Virus record (IMG/VR): IMGVR_UViG_3300020045_009368
Location: 1-64,000 of that record
Strand: one strand, 5' to 3'
DNA: 64,000 nt
Source of the DNA: a virus
In this document: piece by piece, positions 1 to 11,800 of the stretch
Numbering within the stretch: position 1 is the stretch's first letter
Layout of the letters: each line of letters begins with the position of its first letter
Translations under genes and position numbers: made by a program
Notes under the pieces: model-generated
What the model was told of the DNA's origin: nothing
Databases searched by the model: none
Seen by the model: only the letters and a program-made list of their open reading frames with translations

Positions 1-2430
1 ATGAACTTTTAAGAAATGTATTGAATTACCTTTACTATCTAAACGTTTTTCTTCATAACCAATATCATCAGGTTTAATTGTTGTAAAATCAGTTAATTTA
101 TCTTTAATAGTTCCTTTTAAATTACCTTCAATAATTCTTTCTACATTAGATTTAGTTACAGCAGGTAAATCATAATAAATAGCACCTTTAAATTGACTAA
201 TTAATGATTGTAAACCATTAGTTTGTTTATCTGTATTTTTTGTAATTTCAATAAAATGATTAAGAACTTCTTTTTCAGTTTTACTTAATTTAGATAAATC
301 ATTTTTCCATTTAGCAATAGGTAAAGTAATACCATTTTTAACAATAGTATTATCTTTTTTAAAGTTATTAAAAGCTTCTTTAGCTTTTACATATTCTTTA
401 TTTTTAAAATCTTTACTTTCTTTAATTTTATTAAATGCTTCATATTTAGCATTTTGTAATTTTAAATATTCTTCTTTAAATTTAATAGAATATTCTCCTT
501 TTAAAACAGCATGACCAGTTGAATCAATATCTAATATATTTTCATATAATTTAGTTGGAGTACCTGTACCTTTTTCTTTAATTAATGCTTGAAATAATTT
601 ATCATCTTGAAAATCTCCTTCTCTAGTTAATTCAATAGTTTTTTCTCTAGCTTGAGTATAAAGATTAGCAGTTATACTAACAAGTCTTGAATTGTTATTA
701 ATCATATCTAAAAAATTAACTGCTGCTGAAGATATATCAGTACCAATTCCTTCCATTAAATTATTAATTTCTTTATCTAAATCTTGTTGTATTTCATTAA
801 CAAAAGGACCATTCATTTGCTTAGCAATCCATTGTTCTTGACTAATATTAGTTAAATTTCTTTGTTTAAATTCAATTGCTAACTTTTTTCTCCATTTATC
901 TTCAACTTGAGGTAAATAATTTAAAGTATTTAATTGTGTTTTAAGAATTTCTTTTAATTTATTATCAAATCTATTTTCTAATATATAATGTTCACCTTTA
1001 GCTTTTTTAATAGTTTCTACTATATCATTAACTAATTCTTCACCAACTTCTTCAATTTTATCTTTATTTAAAGAAGTAATTAAAGTAGATACATCATCAA
1101 TTAAATCATAAGAAGATAAATAAGATTTATATAAATCAACTAATTCAAGTCCGTTTTTATCTGTCAAATCTTCACGACTTAATCTTTCATCTAATTGTTT
1201 AATTGTAGATAACATTGAGTTAGTATAAACAGCAACACCTTTCCATTGATTTAAAACATCAACATTATTAATTTCTGTAATTAAATCTTGAATATGTTTT
1301 TCAAATTTAGTACCTTTAGCTTCATTTTGTTTTTTATATGTTTTACTACGAGCTAACATTTGATCAAGATTATCTTTAGCTTTATTTAAAGTTCTATTTA
1401 ATCTATCTTCAATACTTTCAATTTTAGTTTTTTTAAAATCTTCAATTTTTTGCTCAAATATTAATTGTTTTTGATTTAACATTCCTGTATAATCACGTCT
1501 ATCTTGTTCTATAAAATCAACAACTTGTTCTATTAATAAATCAGCCTCTTTAGATTTAGATAATCCAAATAAACGTCTTATAGCCTCTATAAACTGTTTA
1601 AAAAATGAAGTTTCATTTACTCTATCTAATTCTTTTAATTCATTTCTAAATTCAGAATTAGAATATATTTCAGCTACAAATTCTAATTCATCTTTAAAAC
1701 CATAACTTTCATTTTCTTTTGAAAAATTACCAGTTTGTCTAAGACTTTTATCAATTTGTTTAGAATCATACCATAAATACCATCTATCTATCAAACTTTT
1801 AAATTCTTTTTCTTCAAATGTTTGAGGATTAAGTAAAGCCTGTAAAGACTGACCATGTGCAATTTCATGAATAAAACCTTTAACAACATAATCTGTAGGA
1901 TAATTATTTATAATATCTCTACTCATTTCAATTATATTACTATTAACTCTAATATGCATTAATGCATTTTCACTAAATACTTCTTTACCTACTAATCTAA
2001 CTTGAGTACCTGTTCTACCTACTAATCGTCTAGCTTTTTGTAATAATTCAATTCCTTTAGGAGATAAATTTTTATAATTATTTAAAATATTTTCTAAAAC
2101 TTCATCAACAGTAAATTTACCTTGTTTATTATTAAATAATATTTTATTATTTTCATTAGAGTATTTTAATTCATTAGATACTTCCTGTTCAAAAACTATA
2201 TCAGTATTTTCATTCCAATCTAATTCATTTTTTTTAGACCCTTTAAGTGATTCTAATAAATTAGATTCTACTACTTCAGATTGTGTAACATCTTCTAATT
2301 TAGGATAAGAATCTAAACCATTTTTATCCTGAAAGATAGAAATTCTAGCCTTCAGGATTAATGGATTTAATTTTGATTGTTCTAATAACTCAATATATTC
2401 TTTTGAGCTTGTATTTATGCAATTTGCCAT
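1..2430 (-). CDS. Large ejected virion protein (phi14:2 gp67-like) with zincin HExxH motif; 3' end runs off the window
   Basis: Not in the ORF track because it is truncated. ATG at 2430 abuts the stop of the RNAP gene and reads MANCINTSSKEY...; GFIHEIAHG at ~1855-1869 is followed by EFVAE. Position next to the vRNAP is typical of crAss-like phages. Confidence 0.75.
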   Translation of the reverse strand, partial: MANCINTSSKEYIELLEQSKLNPLILKARISIFQDKNGLDSYPKLEDVTQSEVVESNLLESLKGSKKNELDWNENTDIVFEQEVSNELKYSNENNKILFNNKQGKFTVDEVLENILNNYKNLSPKGIELLQKARRLVGRTGTQVRLVGKEVFSENALMHIRVNSNIIEMSRDIINNYPTDYVVKGFIHEIAHGQSLQALLNPQTFEEKEFKSLIDRWYLWYDSKQIDKSLRQTGNFSKENESYGFKDELEFVAEIYSNSEFRNELKELDRVNETSFFKQFIEAIRRLFGLSKSKEADLLIEQVVDFIEQDRRDYTGMLNQKQLIFEQKIEDFKKTKIESIEDRLNRTLNKAKDNLDQMLARSKTYKKQNEAKGTKFEKHIQDLITEINNVDVLNQWKGVAVYTNSMLSTIKQLDERLSREDLTDKNGLELVDLYKSYLSSYDLIDDVSTLITSLNKDKIEEVGEELVNDIVETIKKAKGEHYILENRFDNKLKEILKTQLNTLNYLPQVEDKWRKKLAIEFKQRNLTNISQEQWIAKQMNGPFVNEIQQDLDKEINNLMEGIGTDISSAAVNFLDMINNNSRLVSITANLYTQAREKTIELTREGDFQDDKLFQALIKEKGTGTPTKLYENILDIDSTGHAVLKGEYSIKFKEEYLKLQNAKYEAFNKIKESKDFKNKEYVKAKEAFNNFKKDNTIVKNGITLPIAKWKNDLSKLSKTEKEVLNHFIEITKNTDKQTNGLQSLISQFKGAIYYDLPAVTKSNVERIIEGNLKGTIKDKLTDFTTIKPDDIGYEEKRLDSKGNSIHFLKVH

Positions 2431-5400
2431 TTATTTACAATTTAATTTTTGCCACTCAATTGTAGCTTTTTCTTCTTCTGATAAATTACTAAAATCATTT
2501 TCAATAATTTCTTCAATAACATCTTCTCTATAATAAACATCTCTTGGTAAAACTGCTTCTTTATACAAAGCTTCTATTTTAGTTTTATCATATAAATTAC
2601 CAATTGCAATTGTAGTTGGTTTTAACATTATACCATCAGTATTAAAATTAATAATTCTATTACCTTTTTTATCTTTCTTATTAAGTAGTTGAACATCTAC
2701 ATATTCACCTTTAATATTAGGAATAAATCTAGCATAAACACCTTTGTATTGTGAATTATAACCAATTAGTTTATAATAAATATTACCTTGTTCATTTTGT
2801 TTAACTCTAAAATAACCTTGTTTACCAGCTTTTTTCATTACAAAACCATTATTTGTTTTTAATGAATTTTTTTCAATTTGACTATCTGTAATATTTTTAA
2901 CAAATTTAGAATTTTCTAAATTAGCTAAAAAGAATTGATCGGTAAATTCATCTTCATTAAATTCATTAAATGAATCATAATTACGTGCAGTATCTATAAT
3001 ATATCTATTAATTTTATTTCTACTAAACCATTGTGATGGTATCATAGTAAAAAATTGATTCATATTCATAGCAAAACCTGAAGTTAAATAAGAATATTTA
3101 ATTAATTTATCTGTAAATTCTGGTTCATCATTTAATAAATCTGAAAAAGAATCAACCATATTGTTTTCAAATTCAGTAGATTTTTTTCTATTATTTAATA
3201 CAACAAAATCTCTATTTTCACCAGGTTTAACTATCATTTGATCAATTATAGTATAAACACCTTTATTATCATTTTTAAACTGTTCAAATTCTTTAGAAAA
3301 ATTAATTAATAAATCTTTTTTTTCTTCAACAGTAATTTTTAAAGGTTGAAATCCTGACATTATATAACTATAGTGATTTTTTTCTAATATTGTTCCTAAA
3401 TTTTTTTCACCAATTGTAGTATCTATTAAAATGGTTCCTTTAATATCATAAGATATTTCATTAAATGTATTTTGAACTGTTTTATTTGCAGATAAAAATA
3501 ATTTAGGATTAGCTCTAACAATTCTTTCAGTACCAAGTATAATATTATTATAATAATTATTAAACATTGAACTAGAACCATTAGGATTAGTAAATTTAGA
3601 TTTAAATCCTGTTATAATATTTTTTCTAAATTTAGATTTATCAGGTAATCTATTATATTTATTTTCGGCATTTAATATAAAATCAACTAAATTTTTAGCA
3701 ATATATAATGAAGTAACATTTTTACCCATACCATTAACCATAAATTTAGAACCATCAATATTATTTTTAATTGCTTTAGATGCAGATTGATAATTTAAAA
3801 AATCTTTAAAAATATCATATTGAAAACGTTCATTATACTCATTAATATTTTTTCTTAAAAATTCTAAATTATTTCTTTTATTATATATAGTACCAACTAA
3901 ACTTTCTTCAATATCTAAATAATTTTCTCCAAAATAACTAATTTTAAAAGCTTCTGCAGTACTAATATTTTGATTTTGAGAACTTTCATATTGTTCAGCA
4001 AATTCTACATACGCTTTAATAACAGGTTGAGCTAAAAAAGCATTTACATAAAATGGATGTAAACCTTTACGAAGTAATAAATTACCTGTATTAGTTGTCA
4101 TAGTAACCCAGTTACCTTCAGTAATATATGGATCTTTAGCAATATCAACAAATGCATTTAGAATTGCAGATATAGAATGAGATATTTTAATAGATTTTAA
4201 TTCATTAACCTGATTATCTGTTAAATTTAATTCTTTTTTATAAAAAGCTAAATCATGATCAGATAATGGTTGTGAATATTCTTCATCTAATTTATTATTA
4301 GTTCTATCTATATCAAAATTAGTAATTCCTAAATCAGATAAACTCCCTAACACATAATCCATTAAAGCGTTAGCTTCTTGACCAACTCCAGCTTTACCAG
4401 CTAAGAAACTATATTTAACATCTATATCTTCAATTGGATCAAATAAACTAAGATTAGTAATAGGTTTTTGTTTAAACATACTTCTAATATCATTTTTCAT
4501 ATGATCAAAATCAATAGGTGTCATTACATCTTTAATTACATTTTCATTAAGTAAAGTTGCTTTATATAATTCTATTAATCTATTTTGTAATGCTTCTTTA
4601 GTTTGTTCTGAATCAGGTTTAGTATTATCATAATTAACATAAACTAATTTATTATTTTCAAATTTATAACTTGGAAACATTAAATACATTTTATCAATAT
4701 CATAATCCGAACCTGTTTTAGTAGTAATACCTGTATAAGCTACAACAGTATCACCATTTTCTTCAGGAAGAATACCTACAATTTCTAATGCATCATTAGA
4801 AGATAAACCTTGATTAGGAATTCTATATCCAATAATATTTTCAGATATTTTTCTATCTATAATTTCATTAAATAATTTTTCTGGACTATATTTTTTATAA
4901 TCTGGAATATATTTAGCAATAAAACTACCCGATATTAATATACCACCTGGTCTAATTATTTTTTTACCACTTTCAGATAAAATATAATTATCATTTTCAT
5001 CTTTAAGAAATTGTGGTTCATGTGTAGTAGATAATGCTCTAGGACTCCAAATAACACCTTGTACTTCAGCATTTTCTTTAGTAAGACCAAAGTTACTCAT
5101 TTGAATAAATGACCCACCATTTGTCTTAATTTTAAGAATACGTTTGTTCATTATAGAACTAAATATATTCTGTAATTTAGATTGTGCTTGAGGTATTCCA
5201 TATATAGAAGTTTCAGATTCTAAAGCATTGATGATATTTTGTGAACCACCTCTACTTTTTAATTCTGAAATAATAGTTTTATAAAAACCTTCAATATTAG
5301 TAATAACTCCATCTTCACCAATTCCAAATTCATCTAAAACAGAATTATAACCTCTATTAGATAACTCACCAATTACATTAGCTATATTTTCAATCATTTC

Positions 5401-8400
5401 ATTACCTGAAACTTCTTGACCATCTAAATCAAATAAATTATCTAAATTAAATGCAAGACCTTGAAATATATTTTTTTGTATTTGACTACCTACTTCAGTA
5501 TCGTGGAATCCTTTAACAGGTAAATCTTGTTGAAGTTTCCATCCATTAGAAGGTATTGTCATTGGACTAAATTGAATATTATCTAAAACATTACCATCAG
5601 CATCATGAACTTTAGTTGGTTTATTAGAACCTACTTTAATAGCGTCAAATGTAACAAGTTCATTAATACCTTGTTTTTGCATTTGATTATATAATTTCTC
5701 AAGTCCATTACCAGCTCTTAATCTTGGTGATAATACAGCTTGTGAATATTTAAGAAATACTGGTCTACCATTAACTAATTGAAAATATACACCTTTAACT
5801 GGTGGTGCTACTTTTTTAAGTTCTTCTAAAGTAAATGGTTCATTATTATTACCAAGTAATTTTTCATACGCAGATTCATAAACATCATTCCATTTACCTA
5901 AATTAGTCCAAATATCTTTCCATCTAGTAGGAGTAATCCAAGCTTGAGCATCTGCAGAATTTATATTAGTATATTTACTAGCAATATCTTCACCTAATAA
6001 TTCATTTAATTCAGGTAAAAATGGACTTGCTATTTCAATACTTTCTGTAGAAGCAACAACATAATCTTTATTTTGATTATTTAATCTTTGATATAAACCA
6101 TCTGTATATGTAGCAGGTACACGTTTCTTATAATCTACACCATTTTTAAAATAAGCAATATCACCTGCAAACATTTTAGAATATTCAACATGTGACATTA
6201 ATGAATTAATATAAAAATCTGCAGTAGCTTTTAAAGCATTATCAGACTTATAAGAATTCCAAATAGTATCATCAATAGATTTATTAATTAATCCTTCAGA
6301 TGTTTCTTCAAATACGCCTTGTTTAGTTAATGAATCCATTGTTTTAATAACACCATTACTTAGTTCATTAGTAATATAACTTTTAATTCTATCTTCAAAC
6401 ATAGAACCTTTTAAATCACTTAAATAAGCATTACCATTTTCATCATAAATATTATGAAATTGATTATCTTTTGGTAAAGAATTCATTTCTTCATTAATTT
6501 TATCAAAAGATAAACTAGGAAACAATTGAGATTTAAATGCGTGTTTAGAACCTAAATGATAATATGTAATTAAATTATCTGCGTTATTTGGATCTGCTAC
6601 AAATTCTCTTTCATACTTCATTCTTTTGTATTCAGAATTAAAGTAATTAAAAACAATATCTATAACTTCTTCATTAAATATAATATCTCTATTACCAGAA
6701 CCATATCTTGCATTTGTAGATACATTTCTACCAATATTTAATTCATATTGTGTTCCTTTATCTGCAGGAGTTGTTGTTCTATAATAAGATCTATTTCCTT
6801 TACCTTTTTGAAATGATAATATTTTATTAACTGTATCTGCAATATATGTAGCTTTATCAATAGTTTTATTATCTTTACCTTCAATTGAATTTTCATCTTC
6901 TTGTAAAATATTAAAAGATGCTAAATCTATTTCATTAATTCTACGTTTAGATTCTTCAATTCTACCTTGTTCTTGAACAGGTTCAGGTAAAAATTCATCA
7001 ACTTGATATGTGTCATTTAATGCTAATAAATATTTCATCCAATCAGAACCTTGATTAAATTTAGATATATTATAATGATTTAACAATATATTTCTATCTT
7101 TTTTCCAAGATTTAATTGTATTAGATAAATATGATGGATATGAAAATACCCACTTTTGTTTACCTGCAGTAAATACAGACGCATCAGAACCTTCAGAAAT
7201 ATAAAAAGCTTCAGCTTTAGCTAAAGTTTTAAATACTGATTGATTAGATAAAGCATTTGTAAAATCTTTATTTGTATTTTTTAATATACTATCTATAAAG
7301 AATTGAATACCTGTTTTAACTTCATTAAATGATTTTTTAGAAATTTCATTATCTTTATTAATTAATTCTAACTTATCTAAAAAATGATTAAAACCTTCAG
7401 TTGTACTTTCAACACCTAATTTTCTTAAAACAGTAATCATATTTTGAATACCTTGCTCTTGTTCAAAATTAATTTTATTTAATTCTGATTTAATATTTAA
7501 TAAAGAATCTTTATCTATATTAAACTCTAAGTAAGGTCTACCTTCTGCGGTAATTAATACTTTACCTGTATATTTAACAAATTTATCTTTAAAATTTTTA
7601 TTCCATTCTGTAAATACTTCAGTTTCTTTTTTACCAGTTTCTGCAATATTCATTAAAGTATGTTGGATAACTTGTGTTTTAGATTGTTCATAAGTTACAG
7701 TACCATCTTCAGATTGTGTAATTACAGAATCACCTAACACTTCTTTATTTGTTATAACAGATGTATTAAATCCATTTTTATCTAAATTGAATGCTTGAGC
7801 AAATTCAGATTTAATATTATCATTTAAATCATCTTTAGATAATATTCTATATAATTCTTTAAAATAAGGTTTTTTATTAATAAATTTAGCAACTTGACTT
7901 TTTAATATATCAAATATATCTTCTTGTTCACCATTATTATCTAATGCAATTTGATTAGTTAAATTAGGTAATAAACTAGCATAAACATCATCAAATGATT
8001 TATATACTACATCATTAAGAAAATAATCTTTTTCAGTTGTATCTTCAATTAAAGATAATCTTAATTTAACATTTGCTGAAATATTATCTTTAGTACTTCT
8101 TTCAAATGAAGCTTTACCAAATCCAGGATCTTTTTCATTCTCAGCAGTTTCAATATCTTCTAATATAGTATCTTCTTCATTATTATTAACTGTTTCAGAA
8201 TACTTTACTTTACTTTGTTCAAAGAAAGTTTTAACATTATTAATAATCTCATCTAAATTGTTAGCTAAAACATCTTCTAAAAGATTAGCTTTATCTTCCC
8301 ATAAATAATCATCAGATTCTTTAAAAGTATTAATTCTTTCAGTTAATTTATTAACAATACTTTGTTTTAATGTTTCAGTATTACTATCTAAATTAATATT

Positions 8401-8817
8401 TTCAAAATCAATTTTTAAATTATTTTTAAAATAATTTGTTGCTAATACTTTTGTTATTTGACTAATCTCAGAATTTGTAAATAAAGATTTTAAAGATTTA
8501 GTATTTTCAATAATAATTTCTTTATTTTTATCTTTATCTATATAATAATAATCACCAGTAGCTTCATTTTTAAACAGCTTAGGTTCACCATTATCTTCAA
8601 TACGAGAAGTAGTTTGATTGTAGGTATAATCTGTATCAGATACATCATAACCAGTTTTAAAATCTTGTTCCCAATTACCAAAGTTTTTTATAAATTCAAA
8701 ATCATTCTTAAAATAGGAATGAAGAGCTGTTGCCAACTCCTCATCTCCATTATAAGCTTCTAATATTGTATTATATAACTGTGATTCTTGTCCGTTTACT
8801 ATAAATTTACAAGCCAT
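2431..8817 (-). CDS. Virion-packaged DNA-dependent RNA polymerase (phi14:2 gp66-like)
   Basis: 2128 aa; YRIPNQ and TGSDYDIDK motifs (catalytic DxDxD at ~4693-4707); middle gene of three giant genes. Confidence 0.9.
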   Translation of the reverse strand: MACKFIVNGQESQLYNTILEAYNGDEELATALHSYFKNDFEFIKNFGNWEQDFKTGYDVSDTDYTYNQTTSRIEDNGEPKLFKNEATGDYYYIDKDKNKEIIIENTKSLKSLFTNSEISQITKVLATNYFKNNLKIDFENINLDSNTETLKQSIVNKLTERINTFKESDDYLWEDKANLLEDVLANNLDEIINNVKTFFEQSKVKYSETVNNNEEDTILEDIETAENEKDPGFGKASFERSTKDNISANVKLRLSLIEDTTEKDYFLNDVVYKSFDDVYASLLPNLTNQIALDNNGEQEDIFDILKSQVAKFINKKPYFKELYRILSKDDLNDNIKSEFAQAFNLDKNGFNTSVITNKEVLGDSVITQSEDGTVTYEQSKTQVIQHTLMNIAETGKKETEVFTEWNKNFKDKFVKYTGKVLITAEGRPYLEFNIDKDSLLNIKSELNKINFEQEQGIQNMITVLRKLGVESTTEGFNHFLDKLELINKDNEISKKSFNEVKTGIQFFIDSILKNTNKDFTNALSNQSVFKTLAKAEAFYISEGSDASVFTAGKQKWVFSYPSYLSNTIKSWKKDRNILLNHYNISKFNQGSDWMKYLLALNDTYQVDEFLPEPVQEQGRIEESKRRINEIDLASFNILQEDENSIEGKDNKTIDKATYIADTVNKILSFQKGKGNRSYYRTTTPADKGTQYELNIGRNVSTNARYGSGNRDIIFNEEVIDIVFNYFNSEYKRMKYEREFVADPNNADNLITYYHLGSKHAFKSQLFPSLSFDKINEEMNSLPKDNQFHNIYDENGNAYLSDLKGSMFEDRIKSYITNELSNGVIKTMDSLTKQGVFEETSEGLINKSIDDTIWNSYKSDNALKATADFYINSLMSHVEYSKMFAGDIAYFKNGVDYKKRVPATYTDGLYQRLNNQNKDYVVASTESIEIASPFLPELNELLGEDIASKYTNINSADAQAWITPTRWKDIWTNLGKWNDVYESAYEKLLGNNNEPFTLEELKKVAPPVKGVYFQLVNGRPVFLKYSQAVLSPRLRAGNGLEKLYNQMQKQGINELVTFDAIKVGSNKPTKVHDADGNVLDNIQFSPMTIPSNGWKLQQDLPVKGFHDTEVGSQIQKNIFQGLAFNLDNLFDLDGQEVSGNEMIENIANVIGELSNRGYNSVLDEFGIGEDGVITNIEGFYKTIISELKSRGGSQNIINALESETSIYGIPQAQSKLQNIFSSIMNKRILKIKTNGGSFIQMSNFGLTKENAEVQGVIWSPRALSTTHEPQFLKDENDNYILSESGKKIIRPGGILISGSFIAKYIPDYKKYSPEKLFNEIIDRKISENIIGYRIPNQGLSSNDALEIVGILPEENGDTVVAYTGITTKTGSDYDIDKMYLMFPSYKFENNKLVYVNYDNTKPDSEQTKEALQNRLIELYKATLLNENVIKDVMTPIDFDHMKNDIRSMFKQKPITNLSLFDPIEDIDVKYSFLAGKAGVGQEANALMDYVLGSLSDLGITNFDIDRTNNKLDEEYSQPLSDHDLAFYKKELNLTDNQVNELKSIKISHSISAILNAFVDIAKDPYITEGNWVTMTTNTGNLLLRKGLHPFYVNAFLAQPVIKAYVEFAEQYESSQNQNISTAEAFKISYFGENYLDIEESLVGTIYNKRNNLEFLRKNINEYNERFQYDIFKDFLNYQSASKAIKNNIDGSKFMVNGMGKNVTSLYIAKNLVDFILNAENKYNRLPDKSKFRKNIITGFKSKFTNPNGSSSMFNNYYNNIILGTERIVRANPKLFLSANKTVQNTFNEISYDIKGTILIDTTIGEKNLGTILEKNHYSYIMSGFQPLKITVEEKKDLLINFSKEFEQFKNDNKGVYTIIDQMIVKPGENRDFVVLNNRKKSTEFENNMVDSFSDLLNDEPEFTDKLIKYSYLTSGFAMNMNQFFTMIPSQWFSRNKINRYIIDTARNYDSFNEFNEDEFTDQFFLANLENSKFVKNITDSQIEKNSLKTNNGFVMKKAGKQGYFRVKQNEQGNIYYKLIGYNSQYKGVYARFIPNIKGEYVDVQLLNKKDKKGNRIINFNTDGIMLKPTTIAIGNLYDKTKIEALYKEAVLPRDVYYREDVIEEIIENDFSNLSEEEKATIEWQKLNCK

Positions 8818-8819
8818 AA

Positions 8820-11800
8820 TTATTTACATGTTTTTTTGTATTCTTCAGGATATGCTTTTTTAAAGTTTTCAAAATCCCTAATTTCATTTTCTTTTGTTAA
8901 TGTACCTTCAGATTGTTTTCTAAATAATATAGACATTCTTCTAATTTCCTGAGCTTTTTCTCTACCTTTTTTAGCTTCAAATACTTCAGATTGAGTTTCT
9001 TTTAATTCAATATTTTCCACTGTTCCAGGTATTTCTGACAAAGATACAAAATTTTCCTGAACATTCCTAACATTTTCTGGTTTATTTTTAAATTTATTAT
9101 TAATTATAATATTAAAGTTATTAATAATTTTATCACTTGAAAATGCATTTTGTACAGGAAAATGTGTATCAATTTTATCATTTGATTTAAATTCAAATTC
9201 TAATATTGTTGATACATCACCATTAAGATCTCTTTCAGTTAATGTAGTAACATTAAAATATTTTTTCAAATAATTTTTAAAATCTTCAAGAACATTATCA
9301 TTTACTTGTTCATTACCAGCTAATATTATTTTATCTTTTAAAACTATAGTTACTTTAACATCATCACCATTTTGACTAATTCCAGTAATTTTATTAACTC
9401 TTGTTTTAGAATAATATAATTTTAATTGTATAAATTTTGAAATTAAATCTTTATTTTTTAAATTTTTAAAATCATTTAAAACTTTTTCTACATCAATATT
9501 TTGATCTTTTTGATTATTTTCAAATAAACTATCAAATCCAGTTCCTTCAGTTTTAACTTCAACTCCAGCATCAGATACTACTGGTTCATTATTAACTGTA
9601 ACACCTGTATTTAAATAGATATTAGTATAACCTTGAAAAGTTGGTTCATTAACTACTGCATTAGTAGATAAAATATTATTATCAACTAAATATTTAAGAT
9701 AATTTGCAGAATTAGATTTAAGATTAGTTCTTGTATTATCTGTTTCAGATTTAGGACTAATTTTAATCTGATGTCTTTTATTATTAATTAAATAATCAAT
9801 TATATTAGCTCGATTTTCAAATATATCATCAGCAGTAGTTTGTTTATCACCATAATATAAAACATCATTTTCAATACGCATTTGAGATTTAATATTATCA
9901 GATTGATAAATTAATAAATCAATTATTTCTTGAAGTTTAATATCATTTTTATTACCACCAATTACAGCTAATTCAGCTTGAAAATTATCTTCAATATTAG
10001 TTCTTAAAACCGTATTAATATCACTTAATGTACTATCTAATGATTTATTATTTAATAAAATTTCTTGATATAAAAAAGTAAGCATTTGAGCTTCATTTTC
10101 ATTAATTTTTTTAATATTTAATTTTAAAGGAAATAATGTACCATTAGCTTGTGGAATTGTTAAATATATTTCTCCTGCCGCATTAGGTTTAATTTTATCA
10201 TTTTTAAAATTAGAAGTAGTTCCTTTTAATATATTTTGTAATTGACCTTGGCTATTAACAACATATAAATTTTCTCTAATATAAGCTAAATCTTTAACTC
10301 CATTTAATTGAAGTATATTGTTTTCAGCTGTATCAGATTCTACTTTTAAAATACCTTTATATTGATCTTGAATAGTAGTTTTAATATTACTAATATTTAC
10401 ACCATTAATTAAATTATTAATTATCTCAGTTCTTAATATTTCTGTACTAGGATCAATTTCATCATTAGCTCGTCTAGTTTCAATTGGAGCTTTAACTTCA
10501 TTTGTAAATTGTACATTAATAGGAAGATAATCAAATAATAATTTAGGATTAGAAAAATCATTATTATTAAATGCTTTTAATGCTTCTAATACTTTAGGAT
10601 TTTTACCAGGATTTTGATTAATTTCAAATCCTATTTCATTACCTTTTTTATTAACAGGTTCTCTTTCATAATCTAAATATAAAGGAAATTGTTCTGTTAT
10701 AAAATTAAAAGCTTCACCAGTTTCTCTATTAGTACTAATTACTTTAACACCTTTACCATTATCTACATCACCTGTTTTAATCGTTTTAAGTTCTTCTGAT
10801 GAATTATTTTCACCTTCAGTAGGTATAAGTTCATCTGTAACAATTGAACCTTCTGTAGACGTTAAACTATCATATTTAGTTTCATTACTAAAATCTTGAT
10901 CTTCTTGAATTGCATCAGCTCTTTCTTCTGCATTATTAGATTCTTCAATAGCATCTAATTCAGCTTTTTTAGTTTCAGCTTTAGCTTTAATTACTTTATC
11001 TGTATCTGTATTAGTTTTAGGTAAATTATTTAATTCTTCTTTAGTTGTAGCATTATCAATAATATTATTAGCTTCATCTGCTTTAGTTATTACTTCAGGA
11101 GTATTATTAGCTTTAATTTTTTCTTCAGCTTTAATTCTATTATCAAATTGTTTATTTAAAAACTCATTATCCCAAATAGTAGAGTTAGTAGCTTCAGTAA
11201 AATTATCTAATTTATCTTGAACTTCTTGAATTTGTTTATTAACTAAATCTAATCTTGGATTATTTACAACTTTCTTTTGTTTATAAATATCTTCAGTTTT
11301 ACCTTCAATAAAATCAGTATTTTCAGAAATATCAATTGGTTGATCTTTTTGAAGTTCTTTTTGTTTTAATTTAAGTTCTTTATATTTTTGTTTTAAATCA
11401 TATTCTTCAGAACGTTCAGATATAAAAGCATAACCTACATTATTTAAAAAATCAGCAACTTGTTCTTTAGTAGCTTTAGGATTATTTAATTTAATAATAG
11501 ATGTTGACATATCTTTAAAAGATACTAAATCTTTTTGAAGCACCTTAGCTTTATTAATTACATTACTAATACGTTCTTTATTTTCAGTGTTTTGTTTAAT
11601 TTGTTCTGGAGTTATTGCTGAACCATCTTGATTTTTTTCAATTGTAGGAAATATAGTATTTAAATGCTCATTTAAAGCATCTAATGTTACTACATCCTCT
11701 CCAATAAAATTTTGAATAATATTAAATTCACCTTGTTTTTTTAAAGCTTCTAATGTTTCAATATCGCCTTCTTCAACAGCAGTATCATACATTTTAGATA

